DNA of 63,950 bases, counting the filler, from Collodictyon triciliatum (Eukaryota): NCBI GenBank assembly GCA_043381765.1. It is 21 parts of 21 records of this genome, joined end to end, with 100 filler letters (N's around TTAATTAATTAA, not from the genome) between each part and the next. Parts side by side here need not be neighbours in the genome. Positions count along the whole stretch, not along the records: positions 1 to 3,028 come from JBHJMP010007896.1; positions 3,129 to 6,160 come from JBHJMP010007899.1; positions 6,261 to 9,286 come from JBHJMP010007900.1; positions 9,387 to 12,410 come from JBHJMP010007901.1; positions 12,511 to 15,534 come from JBHJMP010007902.1; 16 more parts are not named here. One strand, 5' to 3'. Numbering within the stretch: position 1 is the stretch's first letter; each line of letters opens with the position of its first letter. The notes under the pieces were generated by a model. The model was given only the letters and a program-made list of their open reading frames with translations, was not told where the DNA came from and did not search any database. Made by a program: the position numbers and the translations under genes. Positions 1 to 15,463 of the stretch are shown piece by piece.

Positions 1-64
<64 letters not shown>

Positions 65-245
65 CTTCCCTCCTCCCCCCCCCCCCCCCCTTATTCGATT
101 TAAGTGGAGGAAGTATTTTACTCCAAAAGAGAAAAAAAAAAGGATATATTTAATTTTGAAATAGGGGTAGGATAATGGTTTATTTCGATAATTCATGAAG
201 TATACAACACCAAGGGGACTAATCCATGAAATTCACACTTAACAG

Positions 246-2601
246 GGACGTGGTATTTCACAGAGAATTCGGTGGTAGATTGTCATCCACTTGTTGCATC
301 GTTTTCTGGTTATTTTAAACTTTTAATATTATCAAAAATAGAAATCATCTTCAACATTAAAATTGTACGGCCATAACCACTTTTTTTTTTTTTAACCCTG
401 ACTGTGGGTATAATCTTTTGTAAAATCTGAAGTTAAAATGTCTTCACAAAAAGCTCCTGAAATAGGCAAACGTCACTCTTATTTGAAATAAAAAATTATG
501 ACTAACACCCTCCCTTCCATCACTGTATCAGGAATGAATGGGTTAAGTCAAGAAGAAATAAGGATGTTGTGAACATCATTACAACAGAAGAAAAAGTGCC
601 GTCATATTTCTTGGCCTATTTTTGTCTGATTGTATAATTATTGTTTTTTACAATAATTTGCTATTTGAACTCTTTGAGTTATTTTACAGATAAATTTGAT
701 TTAAATGGAGTGTTTATATAATTTGTAAAGATAACCAATAACTTTCATTTTCTCATAATTGGTTTAGGTTGTATTCATATGCCTACAGAAGTATGAAATG
801 GCCTTTGTAGCTGCAACATCACAGGAAACCGATCCTCTCTTGATGTGTGAATGCTTGCATAGATTTATAAATATCCTAGAGGCATATTTCTCGCCATTGT
901 CTGAATCAACGATGCAAGAATCAATTGGAACTGTTTATCAACTTGTTGACGAAATTATCAACGGAGGATTACCCAATCTCACTGATATCGGGCCACTGAT
1001 GGAAATGATTCCAGTCCCCTCTCTGATTCGTGACTCTCTAGGCTCTCGTCTGAAGGCATCAGAGGTATTCCAATTACTTACTCATCTCCTTATTTTCATA
1101 TTAGTGTTATTAGTGTTATTAGTGTTATTAGTGTTATTAGTGTTATTAGTATTAGTATTATTTATGTCCCTTTCTATGTCTTATTACTTTTCTTTTATAA
1201 ACTTCATATAAAGAATTTTATCAATTTTTTTTATCCTGTCTTCCCTATATGCAAATGACTTTTTATTAACACTTTCAAAATACATCAGGCCGCGATAGAG
1301 TTGCCTGAATATGTTATGTCTGCAATACCTTGGAGAAATCCTGAAAGTAAATATGTTTTCAATAATCTTGAAATTTTCATAGAGGAGCAAATGACTGGTT
1401 TAAGCCCAAGGTTCATCTATCAACTGTTAATAATATGTTATAATAGCTGTATCTATGGTTATCTTGAAAAAAATGTCACTAGTCTGAGCATTTACTAAAC
1501 AACCATGATATTCAGCGTTACCACATAAAGAAAGAATAACACATTTATACAATGAACAATTCTGATTATTATTATTTTTGTACCCGGCAGTGAGGGAGTT
1601 TTTGACGACCTTAGTATAATCGGCAAGATTAAATGTCGCAGTCAACTATCAGGCAATACACAAATTTGATGCACGCACGGTCTATACATATCTGTCCTGC
1701 TGCATTTTAAATATACATTTTTATAAAAATGTCACTTATTTGTATGATCCCTTCCTATTTTCGTAAGGTGGAGGGATAAGAGATGACACGTATACAACCA
1801 TATTTTGTTGTGAGAAATGCAGTAAAATATTTCAGGAAATATGGCGATAAGCCAATTGAGAGTAACTTATCTCATATAATTATTTCGATGAATAGGGAAA
1901 CCTCTTGTTGAAATGAAGCTAAAGCGAGACCATGCTTTTGAATACTACACACTTCACCCTTGCGTTGACCAAGAGATGTATACGGAACGTCGGGTAACAA
2001 TATATTGATCTGGCTATATAATCCTCAATTATGTTCATGATTTTGATGAAAAAGTAAATAAAGGTACCTTCTAGGTTCTCTCATTTATTCCTCCTGATGG
2101 AGATTTCGAGCTAATGACATACTGGTATTCCTAGAAATATTGATGTAGTTACACCAGCCATGTAAAATACGCCGTTTATTTGATTTGATTGCCTTCGTTT
2201 TTTTTTTTTTTAATTTTTAAACCTTTTATTTTATTACTATTTGTTTTCGTTAACCTTTTTTTTTATCTTTAAAAATACTATAGCCTCAAAATTCCAAGCA
2301 TAGAAGATTTTTTAAAGATTGAATTCAAGTGCTCTTTGTACCCTTCGAAATATAAAACATTCATCGTACTTCGATTTGCAGATGAAAAAATGTAGGGTGT
2401 TCGTGATATACCTATAATATCCCACGCATTTAATATCATTACTCTAGCCTGTAAACTGACAAACATTCATAAAAATTTATCCTCTTCCACAGACGACGTA
2501 ATTTTGAGGGAATTTTGGTACGCATTCACCTACCTGAATCTCTAAAGTCTTATCAAATGACCCCAGCACATGGCATATCACTATTCAACCCCCAGACACA
2601 T
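246..2601 (+). CDS. Adaptor complex medium (mu) subunit, most like AP-3 mu; multi-exon, partial
   Basis: Exon peptides GDVVFHREF, VYQLVDEIINGGLP, IPWRNPESKYVFNNLEIFIEE, GKIKCRSQLSG, LHPCVD and VLSFIPPDGDFELMTY are characteristic mu-adaptin motifs, separated by GT-AG introns. Confidence 0.85.
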
Positions 2602-3028
2602 GTAATCTCTGATATATGGTAGTGCAGTACCTGTTTACTTCCCACCTTGCACAAATTGAAAGGGATGATAATAACCATGTTATTAAATCCATATCTTGAT
2701 TGTACGAAGCGACACTTGCATATACATACACAATTTTCTCTTTTTTTTTAAAAAAAAAAAAAAAAGGAAAAAAAAAAACCCGGGGGGGGGGGGGGGTCGT
2801 TGGATAAATTTGGATAAATTTGGATACTGTTGTATATCAGTTTACTGTTTGCCTTGTGAGAAATCATTAAAGCATGAAAAAAATCATAGGTAGATAGAGA
2901 CAAAGAGACGTGTCGATAGACCATCCCAGATTAAAAAAAAAAAAATAAAGGAGAAAAAAAAGCTCACCTAAAGCTGAGATGCTCATGTAGATCATACCAG
3001 CACGGGACACAGTGGCCGGAGAAGCATT

Positions 3029-3128
3029 NNNNNNNNNNNNNNNNNNNNNNNNNNNNNNNNNNNNNNNNNNNNTTAATTAATTAANNNNNNNNNNNNNNNN
3101 NNNNNNNNNNNNNNNNNNNNNNNNNNNN
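3029..3128. other. Artificial contig linker N44-TTAATTAATTAA-N44 (first of 20)
   Basis: The same 100-nt spacer with stops in all six frames recurs about every 3.1 kb (6161, 9287, 12411 ... 54493, 59499, 62616). Confidence 0.98.
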
Positions 3129-3899
3129 GCACTTGTCTGGGAACAAGATGTTTGGGAGGTAGAAGGATATGACGAGGAGGAAGTTTGGGTCATCAGAAGA
3201 CATGATGGAATGGATGCGAAAGGGATGATCATGCTTCATAGTCAAGTCTAGTATTTGCATGGCTAGTTCTGATTGGAGTGCTTCCTTCTGGGCCATGAAT
3301 GTTACTCTGCGGATGATCCACGTAAATGAATTGCAACCATTGATTAAGGCGCGCGGGCAGAATGCCTCCTGTCTCGACTTACATGTAGGGTCTCTGGTCC
3401 ATTTGCTTTTAACAAGGTTATCCTGATGCGAAGAGATAGTCTCATAGTAGCAGTTAGACTCACCGGAACACTCAAGAGCCCCTGTCAAGTTGAAATGCAG
3501 CAGCCGGTGTGGGGAACAATGGTCTACGCAGCTGTGCATGGAATGTCGAGTCCAAATATCTCGAAACTTATCTTGAGACCAAGCACTCATATGTGCCGAG
3601 TGCTCTGTTATTCCGAGGGGGGCAGCAAGAGCTGTATTTATTTGGCCTGTGTTTTTTGGTTTGTGCTTTGATTCTCTGGGAAGGTTATTGCGTTTCTTTC
3701 TTTCTCTGTCCGCAGTATCTTCTGAAAGGGCTGCTGTCCTTGTTATTCCTTCGTTTTTGTAACCATGGACATCAAATTCACCGCCGTGTGTTGATGTTTG
3801 GATAGTTTGGGTACTGCGAGGGTTTGTTGTGTGGAGCAACGCGATCACCAAAAGCCCAACACCCGCAACGACAAGCAGAATGGCTCTCAATGGGCGCAT
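3129..3899 (-). CDS. Type II membrane or secreted protein of unknown function, 3' partial
   Basis: Intronless ORF of more than 250 aa: MRPLR, a hydrophobic anchor (AILLVVAGVGLLVIALL), a polar stem, then a Cys-containing domain running off the contig. Confidence 0.6.
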
Positions 3900-6260
3900 G
3901 GGACTGGATTTTGTTTCGGTTTGTTAGTACAAAGTCCCATCCAGCCTCACAAAAAGATTGATATTAGTCAGGAGCATCGCGCTTCCTGACAGCAAAGCCA
4001 ATATAACAAGACTGATGGAGGACGACCACTTTTTTTTTCATTTAATGATAATGATCCATCGCTCGTGAAAAGTATATATATATATATTATTGCTTCGGTT
4101 CTTTGATACAAAGGCAGGGTTGCGCCTTGCAAGTGGCTTCATCGGGTTAGCTTCATTATCCGCAGTTTTTTTTATATTAATTTAATTATCACTTAAACTA
4201 CTTTCGTTACAAGTCCTTTCCCAGCAATTGCCTGGAAGGAGGCGAATGACTTGGCTTCCCTTCGATGGTTGGAGCTGTGAACAATTGGTCGACGAAATTG
4301 GCCTTGAACTGCCCCGATGCGGAATTTATGACACCAGCCAGGAAATTCTGCATTCTGTGTGTGGTTGACAGACACGGGGCACTGCTTGTTTGTCCTATCT
4401 CGCATAACGGAGAACGCATACAAGCATCTGTCTTTCTCAGAGTATCGGGGGGTCTGATGTGCACCTTTATCAAGTCCAAGTTCATCATTATTTTTTTGTG
4501 CGAAATGGAGTTGAAGTATCAAGAATCAAGTTTCCATCGTATGATGAAATCTTGTGAATGCTGCCACCTCTTCAGTATCGATGCTATTATTTTCAGTCAT
4601 ATACACCAGGGACTGTCATCTGTGGTAAGTAATCGTGCATTTTATACTTTTCTGCTCTGTGGGTAGTATTGAAAATGGTGAATGCACAACAGTCAATTTT
4701 TTTCCTCTATGTTTCTAACACAAGAGATTGAGGATGCAAACCAATCCAACACAACCAAAATAATAAAATAATGAATAGTTAAACATAATAAGGTCTGCAT
4801 GTCCTTTTGATTCGGAGGGATTAGTTCGATGTAAGATATCTATCAATCGTCTGACTCAGGCTTTCTATCAGTGATATCGCGTGTAACATTTATACAAGCG
4901 GTGTCATTCTTCTTGGTCTCGAGCCAGTCATCGCGCCGAGGCTGTCGTACTCTGACCATAGATTCTCGACTAAATTTCAAGTCGATGAGAGGAAAGTTGT
5001 TTTAGTCGATTTTCGTTGAATTTTTTCTTTTGCTTACTAAATACTGCAAGAATAAAGGAAAATAATCAGTCTGACAAATAAAGTACCCCTCAACTCGAAC
5101 TATGATTATTATTATTTTTTTTTTTTTTATTAATGCACGTAACATTCAAATTCACCACAGCAAAGAAATTTGAAACAGAAAAAACAAACGATTAATCAAT
5201 ATTCTACACTTCACCTAATCGAAGGCTGTCCCCAAATATACCTTCATCTACATATTCTGTATAATGCCAGACATGGGCCTGTGGATTTGGCAATCATAAA
5301 AAGTTCGATACTTTGTTATGTATCATATAGTGCTTATGCACACAAAACTTAAATTATTCAATAGCTTGTTCCGAATAAAATAATAATCAGTTATTTTTCC
5401 CCTCGATATAAATCTGGTAGAAAAGAAACAAACTTTGACATTGTAAAGTTTTTTGAATCTGCGAAGCATATCACCCACAGTGTCTTTGAAGCAGCAATTA
5501 TTTGCCAGACACAATAAAGAGTACGGCTTCCAGTTGAGTGTACATGTGGTTTAAGGTATGTCAAGAGATTGCAATTGTTCTCACATCAATTCCCACCAAC
5601 ATATATACATATTTTGGTGTAATTGTAATTATCAAACCAATAATACAAAAACAATAGCAATATATTACTTGATTAACTGGTGGTACAGAACACATTCCTA
5701 CTTTCCATCCTTCTGGATTCCAATGTACAAAGTCAAGCGAGGGTTTAATTCTGATGGATTATGGGTGGGTGAGTTACATAACAATTGAAGCCAGAGACAT
5801 AAAAATTCTACTTCATCACAAAGAGAAGGAGGTGCCATATCCACACAAATAGCAAGAAGTTGAAACTGTGATTAAGTTGGTTTACTTGTCAATATTTTTT
5901 CGCACGTCTGATAGCTCTACACCACCTCTAATCATCAAACCACACGCAAGGTACCTTATTAATAATGACAAGAGTGAAATATTTAGAAAAGGAAAAAATA
6001 AAATAAGGTACAGGTTGTGATATAAGCATGAATTAACCAAGAAATAACAATAACAATAACAATAACAATAACAATAACAATAACAATAACAATAACAATA
6101 ACAATAACAATAACAATAACAATAACAATAACAATAACAATAAAAATAACAATAAAAATANNNNNNNNNNNNNNNNNNNNNNNNNNNNNNNNNNNNNNNN
6201 NNNNTTAATTAATTAANNNNNNNNNNNNNNNNNNNNNNNNNNNNNNNNNNNNNNNNNNNN

Positions 6261-6317
<57 letters not shown>

Positions 6318-6509
6318 AGAAAAAAGAAAAAAGAAAAAAGAAAAAAGAAAAAAGAAAAAGAAAAAAGAAAAAAGAAAAAGAAAAAAGAAAAAAGAAAAAA
6401 GAAAAAAGAAAAAAGAAAAAAGAAAAAAGAAAAAGAAAAAAGAAAAAAGAAAAAAAGAATAAAGAAAAAGAAAAAAAAGAGGAAAATCATGTGTGTAGTT
6501 CAGGCAATT

Positions 6510-7540
6510 CATACACGGTTGGATCTGTGCTCTTTGCCATGATGTTCTGTCTCAAAGTGTCAGCGATTTGCTGGAAATATCACTTAAGTTATTCAAACCG
6601 AACGTCTCTTTTTGGGTATTAAAATTACAAAAAAAACCATTAAAATATATCTTTTTACATCAGAAAATGGTCTCAAAAAAGAGTCAAAAACAGAAGTGAT
6701 CAAATCGTCGATATTCTCCAAAAATGATGAGATTCTATCCATACGGTCGTCACCATCAGAAAGTTCACCTTTGATATCCAAAACAGTATTTGAATAATTT
6801 TCATTCAAATGGTTGTATCTTTTATCTTTTTTTTTTTTGTTTTGTTTGTCCATTAGAAGAAGAGAAGAAGAGAAGAAATAATGTTATAAGAATGCAATTG
6901 GCAACTAAAGACTCTTTGGTATATGATGCAACGTACCACATGTGAGAACTTCGTTATAAAATTTCGAAATCCAGTGCGAGAGAACAATTAAAGTTGACAG
7001 CAGATAGCCGACATAATCGTCGGATGTGCTTTTCAACTTTAAAAATTAAAATTTTAATTGAACATATAGTGGTCTAAGATTTTATACTAATGTATAAGAT
7101 TTATCAGATTTTTTTTTTTTAAAAAAAAACATAGTACAGACAAGCCATATCGATCCAGTAATATTTGCATTTGAAAATTATTAACACGATGACTACCTGT
7201 TTAGCAACGTCAAAAGAATGTATCATCTTGTCAAGTAGTTCAAATCCGTGTTCCATATTCAAAAACTTTGCAGACGAAATATCCTTTTCTGTGGGTATCC
7301 AATGCAAAATGGTTCGGAATAAAATATAGGAGGATAACGGAACCTAAGGGGGTTATGACATTATTATTGAGGTAACATATATACTAAATTATAGAATCAA
7401 GGTGGGCTGTGGGTTTAAAGCAAAGGCAATCTTCATTAGTTTAACAAAAAATCAAGTAATAATTCATTCAAACCTTTTCGATGTATACATAATCAACCAA
7501 ATCTAGCACAACATAATCCAATATCTCCTCGATGATTCTC
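6510..7540 (-). CDS. Exons of a Dilute (DIL)/myosin V-XI cargo-binding-like domain
   Basis: VPLSSYILFRTILHW and DDYVGYLLSTLIVLSHWI resemble the myosin XI tail motifs PVAACIIYKCLLHW and NDVLAYWLSN; GT-AG introns. Confidence 0.5.
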
Positions 7541-7661
7541 TGATTTATATTAATATGCATCAGAGTATTGAGATGTACAAAATAAAAAAAAGCAGCTAAA
7601 AATAATGTGATATAGTCATCATATTCTTTTCGTCCTGTTCTCGAGTTAAGGAGTGTCATTC

Positions 7662-9153
7662 TCACATACATTTGTATTTGGCACGTGCTTGGATGACAGT
7701 GGACTTGCGTTTTCTGTGCAAATTCACATGAAATAAATCAGTCGAATTCGAGTGTTTGCCTTGGCATGGCGGATATACGTATCTAAGCAAACCTATATGG
7801 TCTCCTGAATTAAGTTCATCAATTTCACCATCAGATAGAGGAGTTGATACATTCTCTTCATACTTTTGGAGACAGCCATTCTTCATAACCAGCTTTAGTC
7901 TTTTCTTCAAGAATGAGGTCAGGTCATTCTGAAAAGCATCCTGAGAGACATGTTCAAAAAACGGATGCTGCAAGACCTGGCTCGAATTTGGCCGAGATTT
8001 TGGATTCATGTTCAACATACTACTGATTAAGTCCCGATCAAGCGGGTTATGCTGCTGAGGAAAGTGGTATTTTCCAGACTTTATCAAGCTACATAGTACT
8101 CTGGGGTCTGAATGATCGAACGGAAGACTTCCGTATCGCATAGCATAGAAACAAATGCCCAGGGACCATACATCCACAGGAGGTCCAAGATACCCCATCC
8201 CTGGGGAATGCTCATCAACCAAATGGGACGATTTTGTACTAATGGGAACAGAAGAGTTGACTTGCAGCGTAAGTATCTCTGGGGCTGCATACGCAGGAGA
8301 GCCACAACACGCCTTGAGATATCGCACACCAAGTTCGCTGGGGTGGATTCTGGCCACATACCCAAAATCTGCAACCTGATATGAATACACTTTCGTTAAA
8401 AAAAAAAAAAAGAAAAAGAAAAGAGCACACAGATTTTATGTAAATTATGCACCGAAGTATTTCCTTCATGAAAATAAGAGAAGAAGAAAGGTTGTAAGAA
8501 AGTGCGATATTTCTGAGATACACATAAATAAGGTCACTAACAGACTTCAAGATGTTTGATATTATCATAGTCATTTGTCGATTACATATGCAGGTATACT
8601 TTTATATGAAAGCCGTCCCCGAGCATAAAATTTTCCAACTTCAAATCCCTATGGATGAAGCCGAGGCTGTGGCAGTAATTGATTGCAGATATGATTTCCT
8701 TCATCCAAAAAGACGAAACCGATGATGGTACCAAGCCATATTTGATGTAGAAATCCAATACATCTCCTAATGGGCAAAACTCCAGTACCAAACCAACCTG
8801 GTATGGATTGGAGGAAAACACATTATTTATGGAAATGATGGGAAAAAGAATGCAGTTCGGTCGTGTATGCATACATATCAATGAAACCATAAAGAAAATA
8901 CAATCGAAATAATATGAATTCTACGTTTAAAATCATAAAATCTTTGACAGCAAAAGTGATTTTCTGGATTGTAGAAATACCTGCTGAGAATCCTCTACAC
9001 ATTCATAAAAAGACAAAATATTTGGGTGTTTACACTCAGAGAGAACGTCCATCTCCTGATGAAACTTCTCCTTTTTGTCTTCGTCTAGAAAGTGCCTTTT
9101 CCCGAGTACTTTAAGTGCAAACTTTTTTGAACTTGTATGAGTTGCCAGGTATA
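7662..9153 (-). CDS. CAMK-group (AMPK/SNF1/MARK-like) Ser/Thr protein kinase; multi-exon, 5' partial
   Basis: FALKVL, HPNIL, LVLEFC, IHRDLKLENFML, VADFG, CCGSPAYAAPE, DVWSLGI and LPFD across three exons. Confidence 0.92.
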
Positions 9154-9386
9154 CCTGAGAAAAGTTACTGGTATTACACTTCAAAAGAAAAGAAAAGAAA
9201 AGAAAAGAAAAGAAAAGAAAAGAAAAGAAAAGAAAAGAAAAGAAAAGAAAAGAAAAGAAAAGAAAAGAAAAAGAAAAAGAAAAAGANNNNNNNNNNNNNN
9301 NNNNNNNNNNNNNNNNNNNNNNNNNNNNNNTTAATTAATTAANNNNNNNNNNNNNNNNNNNNNNNNNNNNNNNNNNNNNNNNNNNN

Positions 9387-12300
9387 ACTGACACCCAACA
9401 AAAGACACCAATGCATTCCGAATCCAACAAATTTGGCCATACTGATACTCAACAAAAGACACTAGTGAATTCCGAATCCAACCAATATGGTCATACTGAC
9501 ACCCAGCAAAAGACACCGGTTTATTCCGAATCCAACAAATATGGTCATACTGATACCCAGCAAAAGACACCGGTTTATTCTGAATCCATCAAGTATGGAC
9601 AAACTGATACTCAGCATAAGACACCAATTTATTCTGAATCCAACCAATATGGTCATACTGACACCCAACAAAAGACACTAGTGAATTCCGAATCCAACCA
9701 ATTTGGCCATACTGACACCCAACAAAAGACACTAGTGAATTCCGAATCCAACCAATTTGGCCATACTGACACCCAACAAAAGACACCAGTGAATTCCGAA
9801 TCCAACCAATATGGACATACTGATACCCATCAAAAGACACCAGTGAATTCCGAATCTAAACAGTATGGTCATACTGATACTCAACAAAAGACACCAGTAT
9901 ATTCCGAATCTAACCAATATGGTCATACCGATATCCAGCAAAAGACACCAGTGAATTCCGAATCAAACCAATATGGATACACTGATACCCAGCAAAAGAC
10001 ATCAGTTTATTCTGAATCCAATAAATATGGACACACTGATACCCATCAAAAGACATCAATGCATTCCGAATCCAACCAATATGGTCAAACTGATACCCAA
10101 CAAAAGACACGAGTGTATTCTGAATCCAACAAGTATGGTCACACTGATACCCATCAAAAGACATCAATGCATTCCGAATCCAACCAGTATGGCAATACTT
10201 ATACCCAGCAGAAGACACCGGTTTATTCTGAATCCAACAAGTATGGTCACACTGATACCCAACAAAAGACACCGGCATATTCTGAATCCAACCATTATGG
10301 TAATACTGATACACAGCAAAAGACACCGGTTTATTCCGAATCCAACCAATATGGTCACACTGATACCCAACAAAAGACACCGGTTTATTCTGATTCAAAA
10401 CAATATGGATATAGTGACACTCAGCAAAAGACACCGGTATATTCCGAATCCATCAAGTATGGACACACTGATACCCAACAAAAGACACCGGCATATTCTG
10501 AATCTGATAAATATGGTCATACTGATACCCAGCAAAAGACATCATTGTATTCCGAATCCAACCAATATGGCCATACTGACACTCAGCAAAAGACACCGGT
10601 ATATTCCGAATCCAACCAATATGGTCATACCGATACACAACAAAAGACACCGGTATATTCTGAATCTGATAAATATGGTCATACTGATACCCAACAAAAG
10701 ACACCTGTTAATTCCGAATCCAACCAATATGGTTATACTGATACTCTGCAAAAGACACCATTGCATTCCGAATCACACAAATATGGACAAACTTATACAC
10801 AGCAAAAGACACCGTTGTATTCCGAATCCAACCAATATGGTCATACTGATACTCAACAAAAGACACCAGTGAATTCTGAATCCAACCAATATGGTCATAC
10901 CGATACACAACAAAAGACATCATTGTATTCCGAATCCAACCAATATGGTCATACTGATACCCAGCAAAAGACACCTGTTAATTCCGAATCCAACCAATAT
11001 GGTTATACTGATACCCTGCAAAAGACACCATTGCATTCCGAATCCAAAAAATATGGCCATACTGATACCCAGCAAAAGACACCGTTGTATTCCGAATCCA
11101 ACCAATATGGTCATACTGATACCCAACAAAAGACACTGGTTTATTCCGAATCTAACAAGTACGGAAATACTGACACTCAACAAAAGACATCATTGTATTC
11201 CGAATCCAACCAATATGGTCATACTGATACCCAACAGAAGACACCGGTTTATTCTGAATCCAACCAGTATGGTAATACTGACACTCAGCAAAAGACACCC
11301 TTCTATTCCGAATCCAACCAGTACGGTCATACTGATACACAGCAAAAGACACCGGTATATTCCGAATCCAACCAGTACGGACAAACAAATACTCAACAGA
11401 AGACACCAGCATATTCTGAATCAAATCAATATTGCCATACTGACACTCAACAAAAAACATTGGTGTATTCTGAATCCATCAAATATGGACACACTGATAC
11501 CCATCAAAAGACACCAATGCATTCCGAATCCAAAAAATATGGCCATACTGATACCCAACAGAAGACACCGGTTTATTCTGAATCCAACCAGTATGGTAAT
11601 ACTGACACTCAGCAAAAGACACCCTTCTATTCCGAATCCAATAAGTACGGACATACTGACACTCAACAAAAGACATTAGTGTATTCCGAATCCAACCAGT
11701 ACGGACAAACAAATACTCAACAGAAGACACCAGCATATTCTGAATCTAACCAGTATGGTAATACTGACACTCAGCAAAAGACACCCTTCTATTCCGAATC
11801 CAACCAGTACGGTCATACTGATACCCAGCAAAAGACACCGGTATATTCCGAATCCAACCAATACGGACAAACAAATACTCAACAGAAGACACCAGCATAT
11901 TCTGAATCAAATCAATATGGGCATACCGATACTCAGCAAAAGACATCGGTATATTCCGAATCCAACCAATATGGACACACTGATACCCAGCAAAAGACAC
12001 CGGTATATTCCGCATCTGATAGATACAGACATACTGACACCCAACAAAAGACACTAGTGAATTCCGAATCCAACCAATTTGGCCATACTGATACCCAACA
12101 GAAGACATCAATGTATTCCGAATCCAACCAATATGGTCATACTGACACCCAACAGAAAACACCATTGTATTCCGAATCCAACCAATATGGACACACTGAT
12201 ACCCAACAGAAGACATCAATGTATTCCGAATCCAACCAATATGGTCATACTGACACCCAACAAAAGACATCAGTGTATTCCGAATCCAACCAATATGGTC

Positions 12301-12410
12301 ATACTGATACCCAACAGAAGACATCAATGTATTCCGAATCCAACCAATATGGTCATACTGACACCCAACAAAAGACATCAGTGTATTCCGAATCCAACCA
12401 ATATGGACAA
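9387..12410 (+). CDS. Tandem-repeat protein of about 56 x 18 aa (consensus SESNQYGHTDTQQKTPVY), partial at both ends
   Basis: One frame is open across the whole 3-kb contig; much inter-repeat variation is synonymous (ggt/ggc/gga, acc/act/aca, caa/cag, gat/gac, tcc/tct). Confidence 0.8.
9387..12410. repeat. 54-bp tandem repeat array with higher-order block duplications
   Basis: Unit approximates tccgaatccaaccaatatggtcatactgatacccagcaaaagacaccggtttat. Confidence 0.97.
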
Positions 12411-12546
12411 NNNNNNNNNNNNNNNNNNNNNNNNNNNNNNNNNNNNNNNNNNNNTTAATTAATTAANNNNNNNNNNNNNNNNNNNNNNNNNNNNNNNNNN
12501 NNNNNNNNNNTTTTTTTTTTTTTTTTTTTTTTTTTTCCTTTTTTTT

Positions 12547-12580
<34 letters not shown>

Positions 12581-12597
12581 TTGTTGTTATCTTTTAG

Positions 12598-14999
<2,402 letters not shown>

Positions 15000-15431
15000 G
15001 ACTTTATAAAAGGAGTAGGAGGAAAAAAAATACCCAAAAGCATGAGCCATTTTATTTATCAAATCGTTTAACTGCACCGGAGGTATGTATTATCCTTCAA
15101 CCCATACTGATTTACTTTTTCTCTGCTTGTAGGTTGGTGGATGACGGATCGTTTAGTGGTTTACGAAACTTCATAAACGAAACTATCTATCCCGACCCTG
15201 CTATGAAAATCGAGAAACCGGCTCCGCTATGATTTTGCATCCACCCAAGAGCGAAAAGACAGGCACTATTCAAAAGTCCAAGATACAGCACACATAAATA
15301 CACACCATCTTTATCAAATTTTGAAGTCAACTCGTCCTTGATATTTTTTCTTTTCTTTTCTTTTGCTTTCTATTCTTTTCTTATGTTTAGTTTTGTTTTG
15401 TTTTTTTATTGTATTGTTTTGTTGTCTATTC

Positions 15432-15463
<32 letters not shown>

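Noticed and set aside
3073-3084. Recurrent TTAATTAATTAA palindrome in N runs as a biological repeat
   Set aside because: It is an artificial six-frame-stop linker; adjacency of genes across it means nothing.
4193-5850. Possible minus-strand gene or alternative genetic code
   Set aside because: No consistent frame or family was found, and well-identified genes here end in TAA, TAG or TGA normally.
9387-12410. 54-bp array as a CRISPR array
   Set aside because: There are no unique spacers; whole units repeat with codon-patterned variation, and no cas genes are present.
9462-12462. Many overlapping ORFs in other frames of the repeat
   Set aside because: They are shadow ORFs broken by stops; only one frame is continuous and carries the synonymous variation.
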